A program made the translations under genes and the position numbers. A stretch of DNA of 20,454 nt from Fibrobacteria bacterium. Its GTDB lineage: Bacteria; Fibrobacterota; Fibrobacteria; UBA11236. The notes under the pieces were generated by a model, which was not told where the DNA came from, ran no database searches, and worked only from the letters and a program-made list of their open reading frames with translations. Location: positions 1-20,454 of the forward strand of contig JBGTHM010000082.1 in the NCBI GenBank assembly GCA_041746255.1, given 5' to 3'. This document shows positions 7,632-15,861 of the stretch, in pieces (the stretch's first letter is position 1; each line of letters begins with the position of its first letter).

Positions 7632-10217
7632 TCATGGTGGAGGAAAACATAAAATGAAAGGGTCCAGAGTGCTCACGCAAACCTGATTTCCGGAATAAAC
7701 CGGACTGCCCGGTATATGCGGCAAAGGATACTTCACCTGGAGTATGTGACCATAACTGCGTTTTTCCAGCGCCGGCTCGGTCGTGCCGACCCAATATCCA
7801 TCCGGCGCCGTAAGCGGTTTATGAAACAGATGGGAATCCAAAGTCCGCCTCGACATGATCGCCCCGGTGGCGGCCTCCATGACAATCAGTTTTTTGGATG
7901 CGGTGGTGGCCATCAATATTTCGTTGCCGTTACCGGAAAGACTCAATATCTGCTCCCCAAAATCCCGGGTCCATAGGACGGTGCGTCGGAGGCGATCCAG
8001 GGCGGCTACGGTTCCCTGGCTATATCCCGTAAAGACCGTAGTGCGCGTGGCATAGGTTTCGGTAATGGTGCCCTCGGGCAGAGGAACGCTCCAAATTACC
8101 AGTCCGGAATTCGGATTCACCGAATGAAAGCGGCCGTCAATATCCACGATGTCGAGGGCGGTCGTTATTCCGGGTGGGAGGATGAGCAAACCATTTTCTC
8201 CCAACTTCCGTTTCCAAAGGATACTGCCTTGGGAGTAGTCGATGAGAGACAGTCCGCCTTTCCAGTCGCTGTAGAGCATGCCTTGGGAAAGCCCTCGGCT
8301 TTCGCATACAGGGTTTTCCAGGGAGACCTGCGTGGTTTGCGCTGGATGGATTCCCGGTTTAAGAATGTAGAGCCGCGATTGGCTACTCACCATCAAGGTA
8401 TCGCTTTTGAACGAGGCGATTTTCATATCGAGGTCTTCGGAGAAGTGGAAAGCATTGCGCATTTCGCCGTGAGCGGGATCCAAAAATACCAGGGTGCGGT
8501 TGTCGTTTTCCAAATAGAAGAGTCCTCCGGATCCGCTGAAAAGCGGCGGTTGGATTTCCGGACCGTATTGACGCTTCCACATCCATTTCGCTCCCAGTTT
8601 TGCGGCGAGTTTCGCCGGTAATCCATCCACAGTCCATGTGGGAGTCAGGGTGGAACGAGCCGCATGTTCCAGGCTGCGCACTGCATCCGGTCCTGAAATT
8701 CCCGACGCTTCCTGAATCTGGTGACGTAATCTCCAGGCGGCCCCATTTCCGGGTTCAAGGTTCAAAATTCTTCCGACCTCCAACAATCCTTCCCGCCAAT
8801 TTTTTTGGTCAAGGTGCTCTCGGAGAGTCCGGAAAGCCATATCCGGTAAGGACGCCGCCAGGCGCAGTAAATCCGGGTCGAGGCGAACCCGTTTGCCATC
8901 ATGGAAATGTACGGTGATATGGGATTTGGCTGGGAGCACAGTCATTTCCTCATCCCACCCGAATTCGTAAGTCCAGAGTACCCGGCCGGCAGAGTCGGCG
9001 GAAACCAGGGTTTTCGAGAAGGTTTTCAGCAACAATTCCCTTCCGTAAGGAATGAGCAACCTCGCCTGGAAATCCTTTTGCCATTCCAATTCACCCGTTC
9101 TTGCATCATAGGCTTTCACCACCCCTTGCGGAGTAAGCAGGTAAAGCCTATCCTCCCCCATATAAATGCGGTTCAGGAAGGTGGAGGTCAGGCTCCAGGC
9201 GATATCTCCGAAATCTTTACCCCGGCGCACTTCGATCCGCTCGGGATATCTCAACACCAGAGCTCCGTCGCTCAGAGTGAGCCCCAGCACCTGCGAGGGA
9301 ATCCCGGCGATAGGCTGAATTTGGCGGCGCGCCGGATCGACACGGAAGATTCCGCCTTCCGGACAATGCAATATCCCGGTGACCGGGGCTATGGACCCGG
9401 TATGCCAGGCGCATCCTGGTGAGGCCAATGGGATTTCCCAAACGGGCCGCCGAGCGGAATGATATTGCAAATGGGCGGCGTAAACCAGAACGACGGACCC
9501 CTCGTCTCCATCTACAATTACGGCCTGTTCCAGATGATCGGATAGGGTTATCTGCCAGTTTCGGGAAGCCTCGGTGGAACGGAAATGGAGACTTTGCTCT
9601 TCCGGAATCCGTACCAGCAGGGCGTTCCGGGCGGCATCCACCAGCTCCTCTTTGGGTGAAAGCGGCAGCGTGGAGGGGTTCAGGTTCCCATGGGCATCCT
9701 GAGAGGCGAAGCGTCGATTTCCGTCCATTTCGGGGTTTCGGGAAAAGTCCAAACCAAAGCCGCCGTTTCCCTGCGCATGGAAAGGAAACACTTTGGGCGC
9801 ACCCGGGGGGGCGGACCTATCCAAGGCCATAGGGGAGAGCTGGGCAGGATCCAGTGCCAGTAGCCTTCGGTGGAGTCTCTCCTTTTCCACCGGCAGTAGA
9901 TCGGTGCTTTTCAAAGAGGCCTTATAGTGGTCGATGGCCTGTTGGCTGTGTCCCGTGCTCTCGCGGATATGTCCGAGAATAAGATTCGCCCTCGCGAGGA
10001 TTGCTTCGTCCCGCGATTCAGACAATAGCCGTTCGAGCAGGTTCGAGGCTTCGGAAAAATTGGCTTCTATATCGTAGAGATATCGGGCTTTCTCGAGGGC
10101 CTGCAACTGTGCATGCGGATCGGTCGTAGCTGGCTGGCCCCATGTTGGTGGGAACACCATTCCGGATAACAGAATGAGGCCAATCACGATAAAGGTGTGA
10201 TGTGGGTAGCTGTTCAT
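7632..10217 (-). CDS. Secreted TPR plus PQQ-like (BamB-type) beta-propeller repeat protein
   Basis: Signal peptide. TPR-like helices (ARANLILGHIRE..AIDHYKASL; ILNLEPGNGAAW). Two blocks of Trp-docking repeats (AYDARTGELEWQK, SVNPNSGLVIWSV, ALDRLRRTVLWTR). Start overlaps the regulator stop (ATGA). Confidence 0.82.
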   Translation of the reverse strand: MNSYPHHTFIVIGLILLSGMVFPPTWGQPATTDPHAQLQALEKARYLYDIEANFSEASNLLERLLSESRDEAILARANLILGHIRESTGHSQQAIDHYKASLKSTDLLPVEKERLHRRLLALDPAQLSPMALDRSAPPGAPKVFPFHAQGNGGFGLDFSRNPEMDGNRRFASQDAHGNLNPSTLPLSPKEELVDAARNALLVRIPEEQSLHFRSTEASRNWQITLSDHLEQAVIVDGDEGSVVLVYAAHLQYHSARRPVWEIPLASPGCAWHTGSIAPVTGILHCPEGGIFRVDPARRQIQPIAGIPSQVLGLTLSDGALVLRYPERIEVRRGKDFGDIAWSLTSTFLNRIYMGEDRLYLLTPQGVVKAYDARTGELEWQKDFQARLLIPYGRELLLKTFSKTLVSADSAGRVLWTYEFGWDEEMTVLPAKSHITVHFHDGKRVRLDPDLLRLAASLPDMAFRTLREHLDQKNWREGLLEVGRILNLEPGNGAAWRLRHQIQEASGISGPDAVRSLEHAARSTLTPTWTVDGLPAKLAAKLGAKWMWKRQYGPEIQPPLFSGSGGLFYLENDNRTLVFLDPAHGEMRNAFHFSEDLDMKIASFKSDTLMVSSQSRLYILKPGIHPAQTTQVSLENPVCESRGLSQGMLYSDWKGGLSLIDYSQGSILWKRKLGENGLLILPPGITTALDIVDIDGRFHSVNPNSGLVIWSVPLPEGTITETYATRTTVFTGYSQGTVAALDRLRRTVLWTRDFGEQILSLSGNGNEILMATTASKKLIVMEAATGAIMSRRTLDSHLFHKPLTAPDGYWVGTTEPALEKRSYGHILQVKYPLPHIPGSPVYSGNQVCVSTLDPFILCFPPP

Positions 10218-10912
10218 GCGCGAGGGTCGAATTTGTAGCCTACTCCCCGCACACTTTTGATGATGGTGGGGTTGGCCAGGTCTTGCTCTATTTTTTGACG
10301 AAGTTTTACGATTTGGTTGTCCACAGTACGCGTGGTAGGCATATTTTCCACGGAATAGCCCCAGATGTTTTGGAGTAAATCTTCGCGGGAAACCACTTCC
10401 CCCCTGTGTTGATTGAAATACCGCATAATCTGGTATTCCTTGGGTGTCAATTCGAGGGGTTGTCCTTTTTTCTCGGCTTCGTAGCGCTTGAAATCCAAAC
10501 GGATGCCATCGAACTCGAGGATGTCGGCGGGCGGGGGAGCGGCCTTGTCGTCCAGGCGACGCAGCATGCTTTTTACCCGGGCCATTAGCTCGAAAACGCT
10601 GAAAGGTTTAGTGACGTAATCGTCCGCCCCCATTTCCAATCCGGCGATTTTGTTAATCTCCTCGGTTTTGGCGGTCAGCATAAGTATGAATACCTTCGGG
10701 TGGCTTTTGCGTATATACCGGCAAACATCATAGCCACTTTTTTTGGGGAGCATCAGGTCGAGAATGACCAGGTGTGGTCGCCAATCATCCACTTTAGTGA
10801 GCGCGATTTCACCGTCCTCGGCTGTTTCAACCTGGAAACCTTCCATTTCCAGCAGGTCGACCAGTCCCAGGCGTATCGCTTCTTCGTCTTCGACTACGAG
10901 AATTTTATGCAC
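10214..10912 (-). CDS. OmpR/PhoB-family response regulator
   Basis: ILVVEDE; phospho-acceptor LVILDLMLP; MLTAK; GADDYVTKPF; winged helix TRTVDNQIVKLRQKIE..SVRGVGYKF. GTG start. Confidence 0.96.
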   Translation of the reverse strand: MHKILVVEDEEAIRLGLVDLLEMEGFQVETAEDGEIALTKVDDWRPHLVILDLMLPKKSGYDVCRYIRKSHPKVFILMLTAKTEEINKIAGLEMGADDYVTKPFSVFELMARVKSMLRRLDDKAAPPPADILEFDGIRLDFKRYEAEKKGQPLELTPKEYQIMRYFNQHRGEVVSREDLLQNIWGYSVENMPTTRTVDNQIVKLRQKIEQDLANPTIIKSVRGVGYKFDPRA

Positions 10913-12866
10913 TTTTCATTTTCCCCTTGGCGAAGGTGATAACCATTTCGGTGCCTTCGTCCAGCTTGCTGTTCACCCGGATTTCGGCGTGATGCGCATC
11001 CAGGATCTGCTTGACGATAGCCAATCCCAATCCGCTGCCTTTGGTTTTGCGGGTCATTTCGTCTCCCCCACGATAAAATTTATCGAATATATGCTTTTGA
11101 TCCGCTCCGGATATGCCGATACCCTGGTCTTTGACGCTAAGCTGAATCTGGTCCGGTTGGTTTTGCAGGGTGACGGTAACCGTGCCTACGGAGCGGGAAT
11201 ATTTCAAGGCATTTTCAAGCAGATTCTGGACCACGGAGCGTAGGGCATCCCGATCCCCATTGACGGTAGCGTCCGGATCCAGCTTTTGCATCAGGGTGAT
11301 TCCCGCCTTTTCGAAAGCCCCCGCCATCAGTCCCGCAACTTCCTGTACCACGGTGGTGAGGTTGACGGGAGTGAAATCCCATTGAGCCCGCTTTTCCTCC
11401 AGACGGGTGAAATTGAGTATATCCTCTATCATGGCATGGAGCCGCATGCTTTCCTCGCCAATCATTTGCGCATAACGTTTTCGCTTCGCCTCGGCGGGTT
11501 GTTTGCCGCTTTCCAAAATTTCCGCGAACATGCGGATGGAAGTGAGCGGAGTCTTGAGTTCATGCGAAACCGCCGAAAGGAAATTCGTTTTCATGCGTAC
11601 CGTGCGTTTTTCATTGCGTAATCCCAGGAACAGGGAAATCGACCCCAGTAGAAGAGCGATAAGGGAAAAAGCCAGCAAAGTATAGAGCAGCGTCAGTTTC
11701 CGCCTTCCCAGGGCGGCGACTTCGCTTTCCTTTTTTTTGAAAACGGCTACTTTCCAAGCGGGAAACTCACGATCGAGCGTTTTTTCAAGAGCCAACTCAC
11801 GCCCCGCTACCGATTCGGAACTGAGTAGGAGGCGTTCGGCCTGGTTGTAAATGCTGAATTCGACGTCCTTCCAGGGCCCTTTTTGCGGTAAGAGTATTTC
11901 CGCCCTCACCGCTTCCGAAAATACCGTTTCGTTCAGTCGCGCAATGATGTGGGTTTCCTTTTCGAGCCAGGGGTAACCGATAACGATATAGGGAAGCCCT
12001 TCGAAATAACTGAGTTGAATGGGATGGAGGGCGTCGAGTTCACCGAAGCGAAGCAATCGATCGGGATTCACCCGCCATTCCTCCGCGATGTATTGGGCGT
12101 TGACGAGAAAAATTTGCGAGCGCTGATAAATGGACCACAGATAATCGCGAGTTTCGCGGGGAAGGTTTTCCATGGATGTCAGTAGCGAAATGGTTTCCGC
12201 TAAATAGAAATGCAATTGGTGGTAACTGATGAAGGCGTCACTATCGAGAATATCCCGGATAAAATCCAGTCCCGAGTTCACCGCTTCTTCGCCCAGGCCC
12301 AGTCGCATCAACGATTTGATTTCCAGGAGCCGTAACCCGTGGGCGAGCGGGGTTCCCAGGGGGCTGGAAACCCTCAGGTGAGGCGGTAACGGATTGGCGC
12401 GCATGAGCCGTATGCTATTCGCATAGCGGCCCGCGCGGAATTCCTCCTGGACGGCGCGTAACCGATTGGAGTTCCAAGCGGATGGAATGGCTCCGGGGTC
12501 ATTTCCCAGATTGGGTTTGAAAGGACGTAACTGACGGGGAAATACACGCTTCTCGCTTTCGTAAATCACCAGCGATTGGATTAGGGGGTTTTCGAGCAAG
12601 TCGGTGGCGAGAAACAGGTGGTTATCCCCCGAAGCTTCGGCGCCGGCGCGTCTCAGCTGCTCTTGCAGTTTGGTCAGGTGGGATTCCTTGGTTTTCTCCA
12701 GCAGTCTTTGCAGATCCTCCACAAATTCCTCGTTTTGCAATTCCAGGGATCGCTCAATGAGGATGCGTTCATCTTTGATGGTGCGGAAGCTCAGATAGGC
12801 GAGGAGTAATCCCGGCACCATAATGCTCAGCAGAAAAACGATGAGAAGCCGTTTGGGCAGATTCAC
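10905..12866 (-). CDS. Membrane sensor histidine kinase (HisKA/HATPase_c)
   Basis: Two TM segments around a ~360 aa extracytoplasmic region. H-box SHELKTPL, N-box NLLENALKYS, G1 DQGIGI, F-box IFDKFYR, G2 GSGLGL. Confidence 0.95.
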   Translation of the reverse strand: MNLPKRLLIVFLLSIMVPGLLLAYLSFRTIKDERILIERSLELQNEEFVEDLQRLLEKTKESHLTKLQEQLRRAGAEASGDNHLFLATDLLENPLIQSLVIYESEKRVFPRQLRPFKPNLGNDPGAIPSAWNSNRLRAVQEEFRAGRYANSIRLMRANPLPPHLRVSSPLGTPLAHGLRLLEIKSLMRLGLGEEAVNSGLDFIRDILDSDAFISYHQLHFYLAETISLLTSMENLPRETRDYLWSIYQRSQIFLVNAQYIAEEWRVNPDRLLRFGELDALHPIQLSYFEGLPYIVIGYPWLEKETHIIARLNETVFSEAVRAEILLPQKGPWKDVEFSIYNQAERLLLSSESVAGRELALEKTLDREFPAWKVAVFKKKESEVAALGRRKLTLLYTLLAFSLIALLLGSISLFLGLRNEKRTVRMKTNFLSAVSHELKTPLTSIRMFAEILESGKQPAEAKRKRYAQMIGEESMRLHAMIEDILNFTRLEEKRAQWDFTPVNLTTVVQEVAGLMAGAFEKAGITLMQKLDPDATVNGDRDALRSVVQNLLENALKYSRSVGTVTVTLQNQPDQIQLSVKDQGIGISGADQKHIFDKFYRGGDEMTRKTKGSGLGLAIVKQILDAHHAEIRVNSKLDEGTEMVITFAKGKMKSA

Positions 12867-12872
12867 CGGTAG

Positions 12873-12882
12873 AAATTAACAA
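12873..12882 (-). promoter_or_regulatory. Putative extended -10 element (TTGTTAATTT) 6 nt before the kinase GTG start
   Basis: Fits TG-n-TAnnnT. No SD. Same spacing as 5248-5257. Confidence 0.45.
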
Positions 12883-12914
12883 ATTGGGAGAGGGGCAGCC
12901 TGGGGACGCCGATC

Positions 12915-13151
12915 TTAGAAAAGCAGCCTTTCCAGGGCCAGAAGCACATTTTCTCCGATACGGGCATAAATCATCTGGCGCAGATAGGGGAATTCATAGA
13001 TCTCGAAGCAAAGCAATACGGTGATAAGCACGATAAACACAACGAAAAAACTGATGATGTAATACAAGAAGAAAAAGACTACAGCCCGAGGCTCCAGAGT
13101 GCGGGGATCGATGCAGAGCCGGTAGAGAAAGGCGGCAAGATTTCCTGTCAT
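12915..13151 (-). CDS. Small single-pass membrane protein (78 aa), hypothetical
   Basis: Fills the gap between co-oriented genes, starting 15 nt after the upstream stop. Strongly hydrophobic stretch VVFFFLYYIISFFVVFIVLITVLLCF. Confidence 0.55.
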   Translation of the reverse strand: MTGNLAAFLYRLCIDPRTLEPRAVVFFFLYYIISFFVVFIVLITVLLCFEIYEFPYLRQMIYARIGENVLLALERLLF

Positions 13152-13166
13152 GGAATGGGAATAGTA

Positions 13167-14138
13167 TCAAGGCATGGCCGACCCTGCAAGCGATTCCATC
13201 GGCGCCCTTACCCAATCACCGGCCTGTAGCTTACCCGGGTATACCTCATTCACAAATACCGATGCCCAATTTTCGCCCATTTCGATAATGATGCCTCGGG
13301 CAATCCGGGAAGTGCCCAAGGTTTGGGATTTTACCTTGTTCATTATTTCGATGCGATCTCCGGCCCGAAATCCGGTACCCTCTCCGCCGTCGACGATCAT
13401 GAAAGTATACGGTTGGGCCAAGTTTTGATATTGGGAAACTTGCACGATATACCCCAATTTAGAATCGCCGGAAACTTCGGGTTTCCGCAGCGGTAGTATT
13501 TTCGGATGGATAAGCGGGCAGGCGCGCGCGGCAGTCGAAATGGTGCCGAAACTGCGGACCAATCTTCCCTGGGAGGCCTTATCCTGCACATTCGTTATCT
13601 CGATTATACCCTTGGTTTCTAACAGACGTCCCAATCCGCGGCCTTGCTTGTGGTTTCTGACAACCGGACCCATTTCGTAAATGCGGAAGAGATCGCCCGG
13701 CTTGACACCGCTGCTGGCGCCCGTGGCAAGACGGATGACATCGTTAAGCTGAATCACTTCAGAGCGGTTTTGATTTTCGTACCGTATCCGTGTCTCACCG
13801 GGAAGATATTTCCCTTCCTTGGGAATCGCTATGACCGGCGCGGTCAGCATGAATTCAGCCGAGAGCTCTTGTGGGTATCCTTCGGCCGCGCGCAAAATAG
13901 CGAGATTCTCCCTTTCCCCATGAGCCTCAACGGAATCCGGCAGAATAATACCCGCGCGCTCGGCCAAAGGGCCGACTCGGGTCAGGAAGCGATCCTTTCT
14001 TTGCTGTTCGGATTTAAGCCAAGCTTCGAGGCGGGGATTGGATTCCCCCTGAGCATATAAGAATACGCCCCCTCCACATCCCAAGGCACCGGCTAGGGTC
14101 AGCGTCATAAAACAGCGATTGCGGATAGAATTCATCAT
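13167..14138 (-). CDS. Secreted protein resembling the C-terminal part of TsaP/LysM-family proteins, with no LysM domain seen
   Basis: Signal-like N-terminus from MMNSIRNR (ATG 14138 or 14135). Two similar beta-rich repeats, GASSGVKPGDLFRIY..GIIEIT and GEGTGFRAGDRIEIM..GIIIEM..GDWV. Family assignment is from motif recall. Confidence 0.6.
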   Translation of the reverse strand: MMNSIRNRCFMTLTLAGALGCGGGVFLYAQGESNPRLEAWLKSEQQRKDRFLTRVGPLAERAGIILPDSVEAHGERENLAILRAAEGYPQELSAEFMLTAPVIAIPKEGKYLPGETRIRYENQNRSEVIQLNDVIRLATGASSGVKPGDLFRIYEMGPVVRNHKQGRGLGRLLETKGIIEITNVQDKASQGRLVRSFGTISTAARACPLIHPKILPLRKPEVSGDSKLGYIVQVSQYQNLAQPYTFMIVDGGEGTGFRAGDRIEIMNKVKSQTLGTSRIARGIIIEMGENWASVFVNEVYPGKLQAGDWVRAPMESLAGSAMP

Positions 14139-14363
14139 AATCCAATCACCCTGCCCCAGGACACCCTGAAGCACATGAAAGTTTCCCCTATGATGCCGCT
14201 TTTCAGGGGGGAAAACAAGGTTTGTGAAGCAAAATGAGTCTAAACCGACTTTTTTAGCGCTTTTCCGGGTTCGTTGTTGGACTCATTTTCCAACGGTTTG
14301 CCGAATAGCCTGTTAAATGGGCAAGTGGCGGGATTCACGGATAGGCTAAATCCTTAAAAATAA

Positions 14364-14391
14364 GTGACTTAGCTCCTCCACCCCTTATAAT
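14364..14391 (+). promoter_or_regulatory. Putative sigma70 promoter of the HTH/barrel/TPR operon
   Basis: GTGACT (14364-14369), 16-nt spacer, perfect TATAAT (14386-14391). SD GAGGAG at 14415-14420. Confidence 0.55.
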
Positions 14392-14426
14392 CCTTAGACG
14401 TACCATCCACAGATGAGGAGTCTACT

Positions 14427-14681
14427 GTGTTCACACTTAACGGAAACATCGATCCACAATATCGCACCAGCGGTCAAGTGGCCAAGATGCTGCGCATCTC
14501 GGTCTCTACGCTGAAGCGCTGGCTGGAAGACCAGCCGGACCTGGCAACCAATCGCACCAATTCTTCTGGTTGGCGACTTTTCACCGACGACGAGGTGAAA
14601 AAGATCCACGAGTTTCAAAAGTTCAGACGCAAGCTCGGAAAGTCGTTCAAGCCTTCGACCCTGAGACCCATTGATGAATAA
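14427..14681 (+). CDS. Stand-alone MerR-type HTH DNA-binding protein (BldC/Xis-like), 84 aa
   Basis: TSGQVAKMLRISVSTLKRW..RTNSSGWRLFTDDEV is a MerR HTH plus wing. No effector domain. GTG start with strong SD. Confidence 0.88.
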   Translation: MFTLNGNIDPQYRTSGQVAKMLRISVSTLKRWLEDQPDLATNRTNSSGWRLFTDDEVKKIHEFQKFRRKLGKSFKPSTLRPIDE

Positions 14682-15861
14682 ACGCCTTCTCCTAGTCGTA
14701 TCGCTGGCCTTGGGCTGGCAGTCGGTTATGGCGGTTCCCAAGCGATCGCGTGCGGAAGCCGTGCCTGGGATGGAAACGTCCAATACCGTCGCCTTGGGAG
14801 ATATCTGGCTCGAAGCCGGCTTTTCGTCGCAATTCCAAACCCGCATCCTATCCGAAGAATTTTTGGCGGCCACAGTAGACTCAACCTACCGCCAGGATTT
14901 CATCGGACTAACGGGTGGAGGAGGACGTCTCAATAGGGAGGTGGTGTTGTATCCCCGACTGGGAGCGATTATCGGGCTCGGGCATTTTCTGCATATTCAA
15001 TTGAATTCAATTCCTTGGGACGGAAGCAAAATCGGCGCTTCGTCAGCCCAAATGAAAATCACCTCCCCAGGAAACGACAACCTGCGCCTTTTCGGCATCG
15101 GCGCCTCAGTGGGAGCGGTTTTTACCACGGAAGAAAATTCCATGACCCGCCATCAAACCACGCCCGGCTTCGATCCCTTTGCCTTTGGGGCGCTTATGAT
15201 CGACCTGGATTTGATCAAGCTGGTTCCCGATTATCCCTTCAAGATGTATTTCAACTATTTCAGCCTGGACGAACAAAGGCTGGCCCATTCTTACCGACAG
15301 CACTCTTTCAAAGCGGCTTTCGAATATAAAGGGTATAAACGCAGTTATTATCTCCGCGGAAATTTCGCGCTCTACAAACCGAAAAGCGTCGCCGTCGCCT
15401 CGAAGGATTGGGAAGGCGGGTATCGTTCCGCCAGCGCAGTGGGTTTCGGCTTTCGCAAGTCGATGGGCGAACGCTTTTCCATGGCCGGAGAGCTTTCCTT
15501 CGATCCTTATCGGCCTATGTCGTTTTATCGCAGCGAATTTTCCAAACCTCCCCGGATTTCCCTGGACTTTACGGTTCCCTTGCTTCACAAAGAAAGCCGC
15601 ACGGAAGCCTTGCGAGCTCTCATTTTTCATGAACACCTGCGCAAGTCGATGCGGAGTCAGGGATCGGTCGCGGGAAAAGCGGATGCAAGTCGCGACAATC
15701 CGGAAACGGGAGAGGAATGGGAAAAATTGATGCAGGACTCCGCCGTAGACGTGGAGAACCGTAACGCTTTCGAGGGGTTGTTCGGTAACGAGGAGGAGAT
15801 GAGGGAGAGGCGAAGAAAAATCCGGGATGAATTGAAAGAAATCGAGGAATTGTTGGAATGA
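14674..15861 (+). CDS. Secreted hypothetical protein, predicted outer-membrane beta-barrel with charged C-terminal tail (paralog 1)
   Basis: Signal peptide MNKRLLLVVSLALGWQSVMA. Alternating aromatic/Gly strands (SFKAAFEYKG, GFGFRK, FSMAGELSF). E/R-rich helical C-terminus. ATG overlaps the HTH stop. Confidence 0.75.
   Translation: MNKRLLLVVSLALGWQSVMAVPKRSRAEAVPGMETSNTVALGDIWLEAGFSSQFQTRILSEEFLAATVDSTYRQDFIGLTGGGGRLNREVVLYPRLGAIIGLGHFLHIQLNSIPWDGSKIGASSAQMKITSPGNDNLRLFGIGASVGAVFTTEENSMTRHQTTPGFDPFAFGALMIDLDLIKLVPDYPFKMYFNYFSLDEQRLAHSYRQHSFKAAFEYKGYKRSYYLRGNFALYKPKSVAVASKDWEGGYRSASAVGFGFRKSMGERFSMAGELSFDPYRPMSFYRSEFSKPPRISLDFTVPLLHKESRTEALRALIFHEHLRKSMRSQGSVAGKADASRDNPETGEEWEKLMQDSAVDVENRNAFEGLFGNEEEMRERRRKIRDELKEIEELLE

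Noticed and set aside
14427..14681. HTH as a prophage or island excisionase
   Set aside because: No integrase, tRNA, att-like repeat or phage gene in the window, and the gene is coupled to envelope genes.
14394..14873. 159-aa minus-strand ORF
   Set aside because: Antisense to the HTH gene and paralog 1, both better supported.
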